This document shows, in pieces, positions 11,431-24,180 of a DNA stretch of 64,000 nt. Below the pieces are notes generated by a model. That model did not search any database and was not told the origin of the DNA. It worked only from the letters and a program-made list of their open reading frames with translations. A program made the position numbers and the translations under genes. Within the stretch, counting starts at the first letter, position 1. Each line of letters opens with the position of its first letter. This DNA is from Octopus bimaculoides (Eukaryota), in assembly GCF_001194135.2 (NCBI RefSeq), contig NC_068984.1:43114185-43178184 (forward strand), written 5' to 3'.

Positions 11431-12853
11431 TTCTTCATTTTCCTTTGGTCAATAAGAACAAGATATTGATGTTCAAGTAATTTATATTCTTATAAAACCC
11501 ATAAACCTTTTACCTCTAATTAAAGAGCCAAATTAGCCGAGTGATTAGATGAGTAGTTATTTCAGCCAGGTCAACTAATTGAATAGACCTACTATGAAAG
11601 GCGTTCCAATCAGGACCACCTCATCTTATATTCCATGCTTAATCTATGAATGCAAATATGACTGATTAAAAAAAAGTTCACTTTGCAACTGTTGTTTCAG
11701 GTTCACTGCACAACCCCTTCAGCAAGTGTCTCCTACAATAAATTTATAATTGAAATTTGGTAGACAGAAGCTGTGATAGGCTCTCAAAAAAAAAAAAAAA
11801 AAAAAAGGGACCATTCTTGTTGTTGGGGTATAGACTGTAATCCATCATCTGGGCCTTTATCAGAATAAACTATTGCAGTTATTCAGTCTACATCTCTGGT
11901 AGGTGGAAGTTATCCTGAAAAATATTCATGGGGTTGCTTTTCCTTCTGTCCAAACCATGTAAAACAGAATAAGCAGTTTATCTGTCTTTTCTTCTTTACT
12001 TTTAAACATCTTTGGGTCTATGATATGTTTTAAAGTGATCTAACATAGAATTCCATTTATGTTTCGAACAAACTTAAAGTTCTTTTGCTAGTCTTATTTT
12101 CAAAATTAACTGCAACAAGGGCATTGCATTTTCAACAAAAGGGTTAATCAGGAGACAGGATTTGAGTAAGATTTGGCAGTTATTTCTCACAGGTTGAGTA
12201 GCTATAGAAACTCTTTTGTTGGCTCATATATCAATGGTTATTAGATCCATATTTCCCCACCTTGCTTTTCTCAAACCTTTCTGCTTACCTTAAAAATTGC
12301 ATTGAGTTGAGCTTTTTCCACCTTCATTCAGGTCTTCAACTACTGGTCAAATTTCAAGCTAATTATAATAAATTAATGAAAAAGAATCTCATTTCAAGGA
12401 GACTAAGCACCAGAAATAATTGCAGTAAAAGTTTAGTAAGGAAAAAAAAAATTTTTTTAGGGATTAAATAACTCCCTCCAGTTGAAAAAGGGAGACAACT
12501 TCAAGAATTTCCATCGTCATGGGAAGTAAAACAATTAACCTTCCTTATTGGCCCTCTAATAGTTTACAATAGAGAAATATTCATCAAGAACAGGAACTAA
12601 GATTGATAATTGAATTATGCATTAACTGAACGACAGAGAAAACTGTCCTCAAAGAGAGAGAGAAAGAGAATCAACACAGGTAATGCAAAAAATGAAGTAA
12701 ATGCTATGGATTTTGTCTAGAAGGTTAGAAACAACTTCTGAATAGCATAGTGGTTTTTCAGAATTGACAAAACCAATTTAGAGTGGATATAGCAGAATTA
12801 TAGACTAAGAATTAAAGTCTTTAATGTGGGAATATATGGACTAGGTGAGTGTG

Positions 12854-12891
<38 letters not shown>

Positions 12892-13003
12892 CTTAAAATG
12901 ATAGGAAATACATCCTCTTATATACACTCATTACTTGTGGACCTTGAAAAGGAAGTTTAAGCATTTGGCATGATTTTCATAATGTTAATAGAAAATAGTC
13001 CAG

Positions 13004-13139
13004 NNNNNNNNNNNNNNNNNNNNNNNNNNNNNNNNNNNNNNNNNNNNNNNNNNNNNNNNNNNNNNNNNNNNNNNNNNNNNNNNNNNNNNNNNNNNNNNNN
13101 NNNNNNNNNNNNNNNNNNNNNNNNNNNNNNNNNNNNNNN
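13004..13139. other. Assembly gap (others: 25793-25844, 42273-42658, 46892-46921, 56412-56637)
   Basis: N runs. Confidence 0.99.
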
Positions 13140-13360
13140 CTATCTAGTCGACTGGCCCCTTCCCCCAAAGTTTCGGGCTTTGTGCCTGGAGTAGAAAAGA
13201 ATATTTCATGTCTAGGTTTTGAGTTCAAATTCTACCAAGGTTGATTTTGCCTTTCAACCTAGTGAGGTGAATGAAATAAGTACCAGTTGAACACTCAGGT
13301 CAATTTAATCGACTGACCTCCTCCTCAGAAATTGCTAGCCTTGTGCCAAAGTTTGAAATC
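13140..13360 (+). mobile_element. MetaSINE-like copies after an assembly gap
   Basis: gagttcaaattctaccaaggttgattttgcctttcaacc...aagtaccagttgaacact. Confidence 0.7.
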
Positions 13361-13878
13361 AATATGAAAGTCCTTAAAAGAAGAAAAAAATATCTTGAAA
13401 CAAGTTGTCAAGTAGGGAAGCAGTTTTTTTGAGTATAGAGTTAGTATCTTGTAATAGTTTTTGTTTTACTATAAATGGTTCTATTTTTTTTAGAGCCAAA
13501 AAGATAAGGAACACATTGGTAGTGCAAAGAAATTGAAACGTAATCTCAGCTTAATTAGGAACATTATCATATACAGCATTCATTGCATCTTGAAATTAGT
13601 AGTATTTGTATTTCTGGCTTATTAAATATGAGCAGATAGTCTTATTGGAGCATACAGTAATGGTTAGAAATATTGAATCTAAAAGATACAGAGTAAAAGA
13701 ATTAAATATAGATATTTCCTTGATAAAGACAGAAAAGTGACAGATCATGAAGGAACAACAAAGTTGGATTAAAGGATAAAGAAGACGATCATCGTAGGAC
13801 CTCATTTAACCAATAAAGGTTTCAGATACTGTTTCAATAAAAACTGTATACAATTAGTTATATTACTGAAACAAAATA

Positions 13879-14082
13879 TTAACGTTTTTGTTACCAACCT
13901 TGCTGAAACCAGCTCTGGCTCAGAGTACAAATGTTTTGAATTAAAATCTTCCAAACCTTAGCCACAATTTATGTTCCTAACACTAGCCGAATGATGTTAT
14001 TTTACTAAATTCTTTGTTATATTTAAAGTAATTGAAAGAAACACAGAGCATCTCAAAATAAATACAGTAATGAAAAGGTTAA
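13879..14082 (+). mobile_element. piggyBac-like TTAA MITE family B
   Basis: TTAA-CGTTTTTGTTAC ... GTAATGAAAAGG-TTAA; second copy at 22737-22956 shares gttattttactaaattctt. Confidence 0.72.
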
Positions 14083-14109
14083 TCTCCATTTCTGATTTCT
14101 TTTCTACAG

Positions 14110-14211
14110 TTGAATTATGTTGGGAGAGGAACATTAGCATCTGCAGCTGTTGGAATTGCTACAGAACACCAGAAAGAAGCCCAGCAGTTAATTGCAGCAA
14201 CTTTCCAATGA
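14110..14211 (+). CDS. DHTKD1: DHTKD1 last coding exon (LNYVGRGTLASAAVGIATEHQKEAQQLIAATFQ*)
   Basis: Acceptor ctacag|ttg; TGA at 14209-14211; matches the family C-terminus (VGR...AVGI..H..E). Confidence 0.92.
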   Translation: MNYVGRGTLASAAVGIATEHQKEAQQLIAATFQ

Positions 14212-14622
14212 ATATTTTCTATCTTCATCACTTCTTGGCAGCTTTAGTAAAGCTTATAAAGCAATATGCTTATAAGCTTAATTCTTTCATTCAAATGGAA
14301 GGAGAATCGTGCTGAAATTATTTTTTAACTAACATAATAGCTATCTGATTGTGAATGAATTATGTATATATTGTAGATAATTTGCAACTTATATACAAAA
14401 AACAGTTGGTAGATGCAGCCAATTTGGACATATATAAAAGAAATATTTTAAAAGAATCTTGACCAAACGATTTAATAGTATTACTTTCACTGTGGATTAT
14501 GATTATATATGTGTGTGAGAGAGATAATGGAAGTTTTCCTATAGACAAATTTATGCTTGAGATTTATTTTCATATTCTAAATTTACATACCTTTTGTAAG
14601 GTTGAAGAATGTCTCTAAGCTG

Positions 14623-14628
14623 AATAAA
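14623..14628 (+). promoter_or_regulatory. Candidate polyadenylation signal of DHTKD1
   Basis: First AATAAA I found after the stop, about 410 nt downstream; no transcript data. Confidence 0.35.
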
Positions 14629-14709
14629 GTGAGAAAAAAATACTTGTTGATCCTTGGAGGAAATATTCAGTGTTTTGATTCTATAACAATCATCTTAGGG
14701 TAGGATGAT

Positions 14710-14925
14710 TTAACTATAGGATTCAGATTATTTTGTTAAATGTGATGCTTATTTATTCACATTGTTCTGAATTTATCACACATTATCTTGTAGCTTTTAG
14801 ATTTCAATTTTGTGATAGTTTATTTTTAGAATGATATTGCAGGGTTGGTGTGAGAAGCTGGATTTGGCCAGTTTGAACATAAAATATTTAAGTGGGATTT
14901 GGCCGGTTTAAATGCTAGAGCCTAA
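14710..14925 (-). mobile_element. TTAA MITE family A, reverse orientation, just downstream of the DHTKD1 candidate polyA signal
   Basis: Body aligns with 38454-38663; termini degraded. Confidence 0.7.
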
Positions 14926-15201
14926 ACTAGCAAATAGTAAACTTAAAACAGCAGTTGACCAAATGGTGTTGTGATAAACAAACAGCATCAAATGGTACCT
15001 CAAACATACCGTGTTAAACACAGCAGCATGTCTTGTTTTACTAATTAAACTTTAGGTAATTATAGAAACAAACAAACAAAAGTAAACTTCTATAAATGTT
15101 TTACATCTGTCTATAAACATTTACTGATTCTTGTTACTTGTATATCTATCACTAGCATAAACTATTGACCGTTTTAAATTATTTTTTTTTTTTTTTTAAC
15201 A

Positions 15202-15207
15202 TTTATT
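15202..15207 (-). promoter_or_regulatory. Candidate polyadenylation signal of the kindlin gene (alternative at 16245-16250)
   Basis: AATAAA on - strand followed by a genomic A-run (15182-15197); no transcript data. Confidence 0.3.
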
Positions 15208-16721
15208 GCTGCATTGTTTCCTCTTTAACACCTTTCCAACTGCAGTGCAACTCAGCTCATGTATTTTTTGCCATCAACTTTTTGAATCTCGAGTTCATAA
15301 GTTTAGAAAGTTAGGTTGTCGACATTTTTCAAAACCAGTAATTTTTTTTTTTTTAATTAAGTGTGTACATGAGACAGAACATGGAGAAAAGAAACATTCA
15401 AATCTTAATAACAAAAGACCAATAAAACAAGCAATAAATTTATTTTACAATTTCATTAGAAAAAAAATTCATAAAAATAAACCCCTCCCATATCCCTAAC
15501 TATTAAAAATAAACCCCTACCAGATTCCCAACCAAATTAGTTAAATTTATTTGTAACTGAGCAGATGAAAAACTACTCAAGTTCTGTTCTTTTCTCTCTC
15601 AAACATGCATGCTAACACACATACACACAAACTCCCAGAATTGAGCGAGTTTAAGCTGATAGTAACTCCTCCAGGAGCATAAAGTTAATCTTTACATTTT
15701 CAATTAAAACAATGTTTTTTTTATAAATTTAATTTAATATTTAAGAAATGATTTAATGGGAGAGTTATTTAAATTTAACTGCTGAGGTGAGGGATTAAAT
15801 TGAATTGACCTAACTAAGGTTTTAATTCATGTCATTGTTCTTATTCCACAAAATTTTGTTTTTAAGACAAACCCTCAGAAGCAAGAGCAGAAATCTGGGG
15901 CAATAAAGGGAGAGATGTGGCAATATCAATGGCTGAAGTGTGATATTGGTAGGTAACACGAACCTCCTTGCAAGCTTCTTGCCTTATCATTCAGTGAAGA
16001 AGCAACAAAACAGTAAAGCTACCAAAGTACCACTGGGCTTTGCATTTATGTTATAAAAACACAGGTTCTAACAGGTAATTAAAAATTCAGCCCTAAAATT
16101 GATTCACATTTTTTTTTAAAAAATGCAACTGCTTAATAATGTTTGTGTTGATGTGTATGCACACATTCTCTAATCTGCCAGAGGTTTCCAGAGTAAAACT
16201 AGATTACACTCTAAACAGAATCACCTGCATGGCAAGCAAGCAGCTTTATTTATGAAAAAATAAAAAGGCATCTATACAAATTTGCCTACAAGGCTAAACA
16301 ATTTCATGCTGACAACTTATATTTCCCTTTCTTTTCAACTACCTTTTTTTTTTTGTATTTTAATTAAAAGCCTTTTTTAATGTGTGAATGTGTGTGTGTT
16401 AAATATATAATTTGTCATGGAGAAGCATAAAAGTATATTTTAAACCCCCAAGATATTTTCTTAAAACTTAAAGTGTACAAAAAAAAATATGGAAGTTTGT
16501 AGCTAGTAGAGACAAAATCAAGTTCTGAAGTTTTGCATGCCTTATGTATGGGTTTTAGAAAATAATTGCTTCCTTGATAGAATTGTAGGAATACATACAA
16601 TAGTTTACAGCAAGAATCCATGTTAAGTTTGTTGAACAGAAATGCAACTCATTAATAATGGTAATGGGGTAGGTCACATTTTCAGAAATCAACAAGTCTC
16701 TACAGAAGTTAATGGGCAAGA

Positions 16722-17012
16722 TTACAATCTCCCACCAGTTAATTTATGGAAGAGAGCTTCATCTAATGTCTGGTTTTTGTCAGAAGAACGCATTGAGAGG
16801 AAAATGTAACCGCCTATAAACTCATGAACAACTTTGCAGTCTGCTGCTGGACTGTCAAAGATGATATTCTCTTCTTCAAACTTCAGGATAACTTGCCGGG
16901 TTTCCCAGTTTACTGTCCATGTCTGCAGTGTGTTGTAACGCCAGGTTTTAACAGAGTCACCAGACTGAAGATCCATCCGTATAATTCTGTTGTTTGCCAC
17001 ACCAATTAATTC
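16722..17012 (-). CDS. FERMT2: Kindlin last coding exon, F3 ([14 protein letters not shown]...FHKLTGGRL*)
   Basis: Acceptor ttacag|gaa; TAA at 16724-16722; 291 nt. Confidence 0.96.
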   Translation of the reverse strand, partial: ELIGVANNRIIRMDLQSGDSVKTWRYNTLQTWTVNWETRQVILKFEEENIIFDSPAADCKVVHEFIGGYIFLSMRSSDKNQTLDEALFHKLTGGRL

Positions 17013-17804
17013 CTGTAAGAAACAAATATTTTGTAAGTCCAGACAGCAGAAATGTACAGCTAAATTTTATTATAGTAATTATCGCTAAAATATAACCATA
17101 TATAGAGTGCCAGCAGATGCTAAAGAACTTAGATAAGTTTTATGATCTTAATAGAATATGTGTCAAAGTGTAATGTGGTTGAATAACTATAATTACATCA
17201 ACAATGAAACATTTTATGAAGTATTTTTACGAGAAGGTTTAACTAATGTTTGTTATTTTTGTCCTATAATTAATATTTTGCACTAGTAGAAAAGGTAGTG
17301 ACTAAAGAATAGAAAGTAATAAAAATTAAGATAGGATTAATGAATTAACCAGAGAAACAATAAAATTTATTTCAAACTTAAGCTCTGCTTTTTAGTACTT
17401 CATGCTAATAAGGTTGGGAGAGTTTTCTTGGTGTAAACTGTTTTATACTTTTAATGATGCAATAGCCTTTTAATTGTTAATTAGTCAACTAAAGAAAGAA
17501 CCGATTCTGTTAACAGTTGGACAAAGTAAAACATGCAGAGTAATGTTTCACCTGGAAGCATAACAGTCATCAAGTTAGAACTTATGACCAAACTGACAAC
17601 TGTACCAACTGCACAGCTATAGTGCTTGACTAAATGAATGGATAAATATGAAATAGCTATTACAATAAAGTTTCTTAATGATTTAAATCTGAGCTCATAG
17701 AAGAGAAGTTAAGAAACATGGCTAAATATAAAAATGGTAAACAATTTGCTAAGATTTATTAAGGCAAAAAGACAAACATTTGAATTTTAAGTAAATATAC
17801 AAAC

Positions 17805-17951
17805 CTCTTTTTTCATGTTGTTCATCTTTATTATAAAATAAGTAATGCCATATTCTGGTAGTGCCTGCCATGCTTTGATATATGCCATCTTGGATTCTGT
17901 CAAACTCATATTTTTCACATTGGAGTGAGCTTCTTTAATACGTTTGAGAAA
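17805..17951 (-). CDS. FERMT2: Kindlin exon, F2/F3 (FLKRIKEAH...AWQALPEYGITYF...KKE)
   Basis: Acceptor tttcag|ttt, donor gag|gtttgt; 147 nt, phase 0-0. Confidence 0.95.
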
Positions 17952-18189
17952 CTGAAATTTAAGTACATAAAATTTTATCATTAGAGATAAGATACTATTT
18001 TGGTATACAGGAATAACCAAGTTCACAAACATACAAATGTCAACCTAGCAAAATCTACAATATTTTCCCCTACACAATATTGCAGTACCATTAAGACTGA
18101 ATAAATAAAAAGGTAATTCTGTTTAATTGACTTCATAATTACAGTGTATATAAGAAAAGAGTAGTTCAAAAGACTTAAGATAGTGTTGG

Positions 18190-18635
18190 AGTTGAACAAG
18201 TCTTCTCCAACACAGCACCTGGCAGTTTATTGTAGTCATCTATCACTTTTGGAAGTCCTTCCTTTGTCTTTTATCTTCAGCTGATTCATTCCACTTAGAT
18301 CACATATTTCTTTACTGAAATGTCATCCTTCATATGTATTACATGTCCATACCAACAGTCCTTTTTCAGTTTGTGTGCCCAGGAAGAATAGAGAAATTGG
18401 AAACAGAGTTCATACTAGGTACACCACGCATATCAAACATGGTTCCTTCCCAGATGGTAATAGAGTCCTTTCCTGTTCATTAAAACTGCCTCAGATTCAG
18501 ATATGAGAACCAGGTCATCAGCTTATGAAAGTTCCATAGACAGTAAATCCTAAATATCACTGTCATTGCCTGGATAACTATAAGATGCTGAGAACTAATC
18601 CCTGATGGACACCTACCTACAAGGTAAATTCCTTA
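18190..18635 (-). mobile_element. Decayed, internally deleted RTE-clade LINE remnant
   Basis: Minus-strand translation with frameshifts: VGVHQGLVLS, W(E)LS*ADDLVLISES, LPSGKEPCLIC, WYGHVIHMKDD.SVKK, AVLEKT. Confidence 0.75.
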
Positions 18636-19627
18636 CAGAATCAAGGTGAGAACAGTTGATTTTGCAAGGAATCCTATACCTTACAGTGCAGAATTGAAAT
18701 TCTGTCACAAGGATAGAGAAGATAATTGCAAGAAATACCAGTGTATATTGTTTTAAATCACTTTGCTATGTTCAGCTTAATTCTTTCTTGAAAAAAATTT
18801 AACATCCACTTTTCTATGCTTCCGTGGGCCAAACAGAATTCATTGAAACAGATTTTCTACAAGCAGCAACCCAACTTGTTGCCAACTATCACTTGTTTTG
18901 GAGCAAGTTTCTTTATAACCAGACATGCTTTCATAAATTGTTAATGAAAGATGGCACTTGTAGGACAATGACATGCTACAACTATCACGTGATATCAAGA
19001 GGAGGTGTGCACATACAACAGGCTTTGCTGTTTATCTCAGCCAAATCCATTTATAAGGCATTTATTAATCTGGTGCTATATAAGACACTTAACCAAGATA
19101 CCATGCAGTAAGACTGAACTCAGAACAAAATTTTAGATGCTGAATTTTATAAAGTCTATTTATAAAATCAAATAAAGTTTAGATTTTCTCAGCAAAATGA
19201 GACAAAAAGAGAAATGGTCTGGTTTCTCTTTACAGCCTCAATTTGGTACTTATAATGCCCATCACTTGTCTTGAGTATCCAAAAATAGACATTTCAACAG
19301 CTGAGTATAGTTAGACTTTTTTTAATGTCAATCATTCTACCACAGAAAAGAAAAGTATTTGTTTTCAATTGATTAGACTAAATTTAGCAAAAGAGATTGA
19401 AATTAAAGGAAAAAATAGCATACCCTTATAAAGTTGAGAAATATTTTTAAAGATTCAAAATAATTTAGTAAATCTGAATTCCATTCACTTCTAGTATATT
19501 TTAACCTTTAAGCATTCAAAATGGCAACAGCCATAAACATGTTACTTTCTATATCAAATAACACAAGAGGCAATATTCCTTCGTCTCGTTATTGTTGTGG
19601 GAATATATCAACACTAACATTATCATT

Positions 19628-19830
19628 AAGGCAGTGGATTGCTGGACAAAATGTTTAGCATCTTTATGTTCTTAGTTCAAATCCCACCAAGCTCAGCTTT
19701 GGTACTTTTTCATCGATCCTGGAAAGATGAAAGGCAGTTAAGCTCTGGGGTCGATGTAATCTAACTCCCTCCTCCAAACTTCAAGCCTAGTGCCTATAGT
19801 AGAATGGATTATTATTATTATTACTACTAC
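19628..19830 (+). mobile_element. MetaSINE-like copy with (ATT)(ACT) tail
   Basis: aaggcagtgg...tagttcaaatcccaccaag...ctggggtcgatgtaatc...ctagtgcctatagtagaatggattattatt. Confidence 0.65.
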
Positions 19831-21081
19831 TAAAGAATTTCAGTAGACACATACAATCAATTACTATAATATTTCGTAACTTATGATAAACTGTCCAGGA
19901 ATGCTTCTTCTAGGATACTAAAAGGAAACTGCCCATTTTAAGGGTTCATAAGTTACAATTTATCATTCTATGTAAGTCTTTTAAGTTAGATTCCAAACAA
20001 AATTAAAATGATCTCGATTATTTTCAAAATAAGAGACATGGTCAAAAAAAATTAAAAGTAAGCCAATAATAATGGATAAACTTTCTATATAGCAGTCTAC
20101 CTGTTAGAAATAGCCAAATTATCCTTAAATAACACCAACATTTTAATTAAAGAAACATCCCACACAAAGACGAGATGGCCATAAGTGGCATAGTTTTCCT
20201 TATATGTCTGCTCAAGAACTGACTTGCATTTAAACACGTTTACAGTGAGCAAAAAAGAAAAAAAAAACCTTTACATAGTTGCTTAATCTGCTAGAAATAG
20301 CAGGCAAATTCCATCAAATCACAACTTATAAAAAAAAAAAAAACTGCATCAGGTACTCTTAGATACACTATGCCTGAAAAAGAAAGATATTAAACAAGGT
20401 AACCCAAGACTAAATAATAAGAAATGAAACTGAAAATCTACACTGTCAAGTTAAGAGTATTGGTCAAGAGTAAGATGCATAACTGGTTTGCTGTGAAGAA
20501 GGCCTGAGTCAGCAAATTGAACTATCCAAACTCCTACACTCTAGTCAACTAAATAGCATTCCAGAGTTAATCTTGTAAATAAACAGTAACAATATCCATT
20601 TTACACTCCAACAGCTACATTGTAAGTGACCTAGTGACCTGAATAACTCTGATTTCCCTGGTTTTTCTTGAGCTTGCAGAGTATTAACATTGAGCCCAAA
20701 TTAGCTAATTCTATACATGAACACACATGTATTAAATTCTCAAAAGAATTGAAAAATTTAGGTTAATATGATGTTTACAAATCTCCCAATATCCAGTTTG
20801 TTTTTGAAAGATTATAGGATATAATCCTTTATGTGGATTACACTTGAAATCTCATGACACTATACAAGCTAATGCTATGGTTTAACTGTGTATACTATAG
20901 TAATATACATGCATGCATGCATGCACACACATGGTTTTGTTTACCTGACATTGATCTGTGTACAGCAAGTGAAGTGCCAGGAATGATATTGTTCCAATGT
21001 GTGTGTTGTTTTGGGCAGGTGTCTCGATACAATTTCAAAGTAAGCAAAGCTTCGAGTGAAATTTGTGGATAGAAACTGTAC

Positions 21082-21462
21082 TTAACGTTTTAGCATTTAA
21101 TCTGGCCAAAGTATTCTAGTTTATGTTCAGATTGACTGGATCAGGCCTCTCACACCTACCCTACAATGTCATCCTAGAACTAAATAATCGCATCATCGAA
21201 ATCTTGATGTTACGAAATACTGCAAGATTGATTCAAAACAATGTGAACGAATAAGCATTACATTTAATAGGATCATCATCATCGTTTAATGTCCACTTTC
21301 CATGCTGGCATGGGTTGGTTGGATGGTCTGACAGGAGCTGGCCAGACAGAAAACTGCAGACTTCTGTGTTTGTTTTGGCACAGTTTTTATGGTTAGATGC
21401 CCTTTTTAACACCAACTACCCAACAGGGTGGACATTCAGTAATCTGAATGCTAAAGGGTTAA
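21082..21462 (+). mobile_element. TTAA MITE family A with nested RTE-like tail
   Basis: TTAA-CGTTTTAGCATTTAA ... CTGAATGCTAAAGGG-TTAA. Confidence 0.82.
21272..21436 (-). mobile_element. RTE-like 3' tail nested in a TTAA MITE
   Basis: Same (CAT)n/ccatgctggcatgggttgg start; interrupts MITE 21082-21462. Confidence 0.75.
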
Positions 21463-22252
21463 CCCCATTGTGTACATGAACATTTCCATTCTGCATGTCT
21501 TCACAATATTGTTTGAGTAAAACACCAATTTCTTGTTTACATCCCTCATAAATAAAGTGCTTTATCAAAGCTGGGCTCTTGAGATGACTAGTAAAATAAA
21601 AAAAATCCCTTACGTGATAAACAAGAGAGGGTCGGTGATAGTTAGTGACACATGACTATTAAATACAGTCCCAAAGAAGTTTTTACCTCCACTCCCTACC
21701 AACATATATATAAACTTTATTTGGAAATGGGTGAGGATCAGCAACAAGGTCATCTAACCATAGAAAATCCATCCTAACAGATTCCATTTGATCCATGCAA
21801 ATGGATATTGAAAACAATTTGGATATATTTCATTTGTTTGTTAATAACCATTTTTCCAGGTTAGCACAGGTTTGGATGCAGGAAGGATTTGAAACAGGTT
21901 TTCATGACATGCTCTTCCTGTCACTAAAACTACTTTATTTAAATAAGCGATTTCTCTGTTCCACAAGTCTTTCAAAGCACAGTGACCGATCATAACATCA
22001 ACAAGGAATGTTACAGTGTTAGTACCACTTCACTCAAGCAATGACAAGTATGCAATGTACAGTGTAACCCTAGACCGACTCAGCACATTGAATAATGCAA
22101 TCTTTAATAGACTATATCCAAAAACAAAACTAGTTATAATTGGAAGGTCTTCTTTGATCATATATCTGCTCAATTTGGGCTGCACCGAGTGTACACAACT
22201 CACTGTAAAAAAAAGTACAAGAGTCACTGAATCTAATATAAATTTCTCTTAC

Positions 22253-22477
22253 CTGTCCAGCTTTGAGTTTTCTTACAAATCGAGGTGCAACAAAATCTTC
22301 AACATTGATATCTGGAACTGAGCCACTGGATGATACAATTGAGTCATCGGCTGCAGGTTCTTGCATACTCAGGAAGGTCTTCAGTGTTGTTACCTCACTT
22401 TCATATGTACTGTCTGCCATTGTTTTGCCTTTAGAAGCCAATCTACAGGCTGCCATCCAGTCACAGTAAAGTTCTTT
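22253..22477 (-). CDS. FERMT2: Kindlin exon, PH end/F2 (KELYCDWMAACRLASKGKTMADS...KAGQ)
   Basis: Acceptor ttacag|aaa, donor cag|gtaaga; 225 nt, phase 0-0. Confidence 0.96.
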
Positions 22478-22736
22478 CTGTAATTTATAACATACATTAG
22501 TGTTGAAATTGTTATTGGCAATTAAATTTGGTAGCTGCCTTTTGGCAGGACACAAAAACAAGAAAGGGACCTACACATTGAGATCTAGAAAGGGAGGTTG
22601 TGGCGAATCAACTTTCTAAAATATAAAGATTTCAGTGTTACCTAACAAGGGCCTCCAATACTCAATTACATTTCTTTTCTGAACACTCAATAAGTTTTGT
22701 ATTCTTAAAAACATATCCACTCACGAAATAGTTTGC

Positions 22737-22956
22737 TATAACTCTTTCACAAGGTACCAGCCTGCTTGAGACAGCCCCTATGTTACAATCTTCCTGCTTT
22801 CAAGTGGTTTAAATTAAAAGCTTCCTTTAAAATATACTAAACTATGTTCCAAGCAGCTTGATAACGACAGTTATTTTACTAAATTCTTCATTAATTTCAA
22901 AATTAATTGAAACAAAGGCATTCGTTTCAACAGAAATATAGTAACAAAAGGGTTAA
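22737..22956 (+). mobile_element. TTAA MITE family B
   Basis: Ends GTAACAAAAGGG-TTAA; body similar to 13879-14082. Confidence 0.7.
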
Positions 22957-24180
22957 GTAGGTAAACTAAATGATACCCCATTGCTTTTTTTTAAAAAGAA
23001 AGCATTTTTTTTTTTTTTTTACAAGTTTTACCCTAAAAATCTTTTTAGAAATGCTATTACTGATGTCCATGCATTTTCTCAAATCTTTAACAAGGATATG
23101 AATTATTAGGACACAAGCTTCAATAATCCTTTATTTTACTACATGGAAACAGTATGTATTTTGTGTCTTATATTTTACTGATGTGTGATTAAACTTCCTG
23201 TTATGACAGTAAACACAAAAATTCAAAGAAATAACCATTAATCATAAATCCAGGAATATTTTGTTTCAGTTCAAGCCATTGGTTTAACACTGCTTTGATG
23301 AATAATGACATCTTTAATTATCAGAACAAACACTTGCATTGTGAAACTTGCCTGCTTTATACAGATATTCTCTTTGTTGCTATGAAATAAATCTCAACTC
23401 CTCATTCACTATTGTCCCAGCCACAGCCTATAAAATTTACATAAGAATAATTCTAGTGTCAAACAGCATTTTATCCACAACTCCCTTGCAAACCTCTGTC
23501 AGTGACACAGTTATGGGTCACAATCAAATAATCACTGTTGCGTAAACATGCCATATACATATTCACACATGCTCAGTTAATATTCTATTAATATTCTGCT
23601 ACATCTGATCAAAGGCCATTAATATTATCACTACCACACCAGGTGTTAGTTCAGGATATTCATACTAACACTGCACATAAAATAGATGCTATACAATTTC
23701 ACTTTCAAATGCTAAAACAAAATTATCAATTTATAAAGATGGAAATTAAATTCTATACAATTATCTATTGATATATTTTTTGCTTTCACCAAGCACATAA
23801 ATTTCTCTGAAGTGAGTGATGCAGTTCACCCAACTGGTATAACAACAAAGAAATATTTTGATTTCGTTTTGAATTAAATAGTTATAAAGAATATTTCATG
23901 CAATTTAAAATTGCCACTTAACTTTATTGGAATATGCTTTTTCTATATTAGTATTATATTTGTACTTTTTTTCTATTATATAAACAATACAACCTGTATA
24001 TTTCAATATAAGAACACAAAACTACAGATGCTATGTTGGTCACTGTGGACTCCTTGATATTCAGTAGCAATGAATATAAATAACAGTGTTTAGTGTTTAC
24101 AATATTTACAAAAGCAGTTACTACAGTTGTGTAATAAGAAGCCATATAAACACGAACAGGTAGTGGAAGTTAATACTAAC

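Larger units (their letters stand above)
511..14211 (+). other. DHTKD1: 3' part of a DHTKD1-type 2-oxoadipate/2-oxoglutarate dehydrogenase E1 gene; exons 511-612, 4026-4271, 7096-7159, 8943-9028, 14110-14211
   Basis: The five exons join in frame (600 nt) with GT-AG introns. Motifs [38 protein letters not shown] and [19 protein letters not shown] match the DHTKD1 C-terminus as I recall it. The gene begins upstream of the window. Confidence 0.93.
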
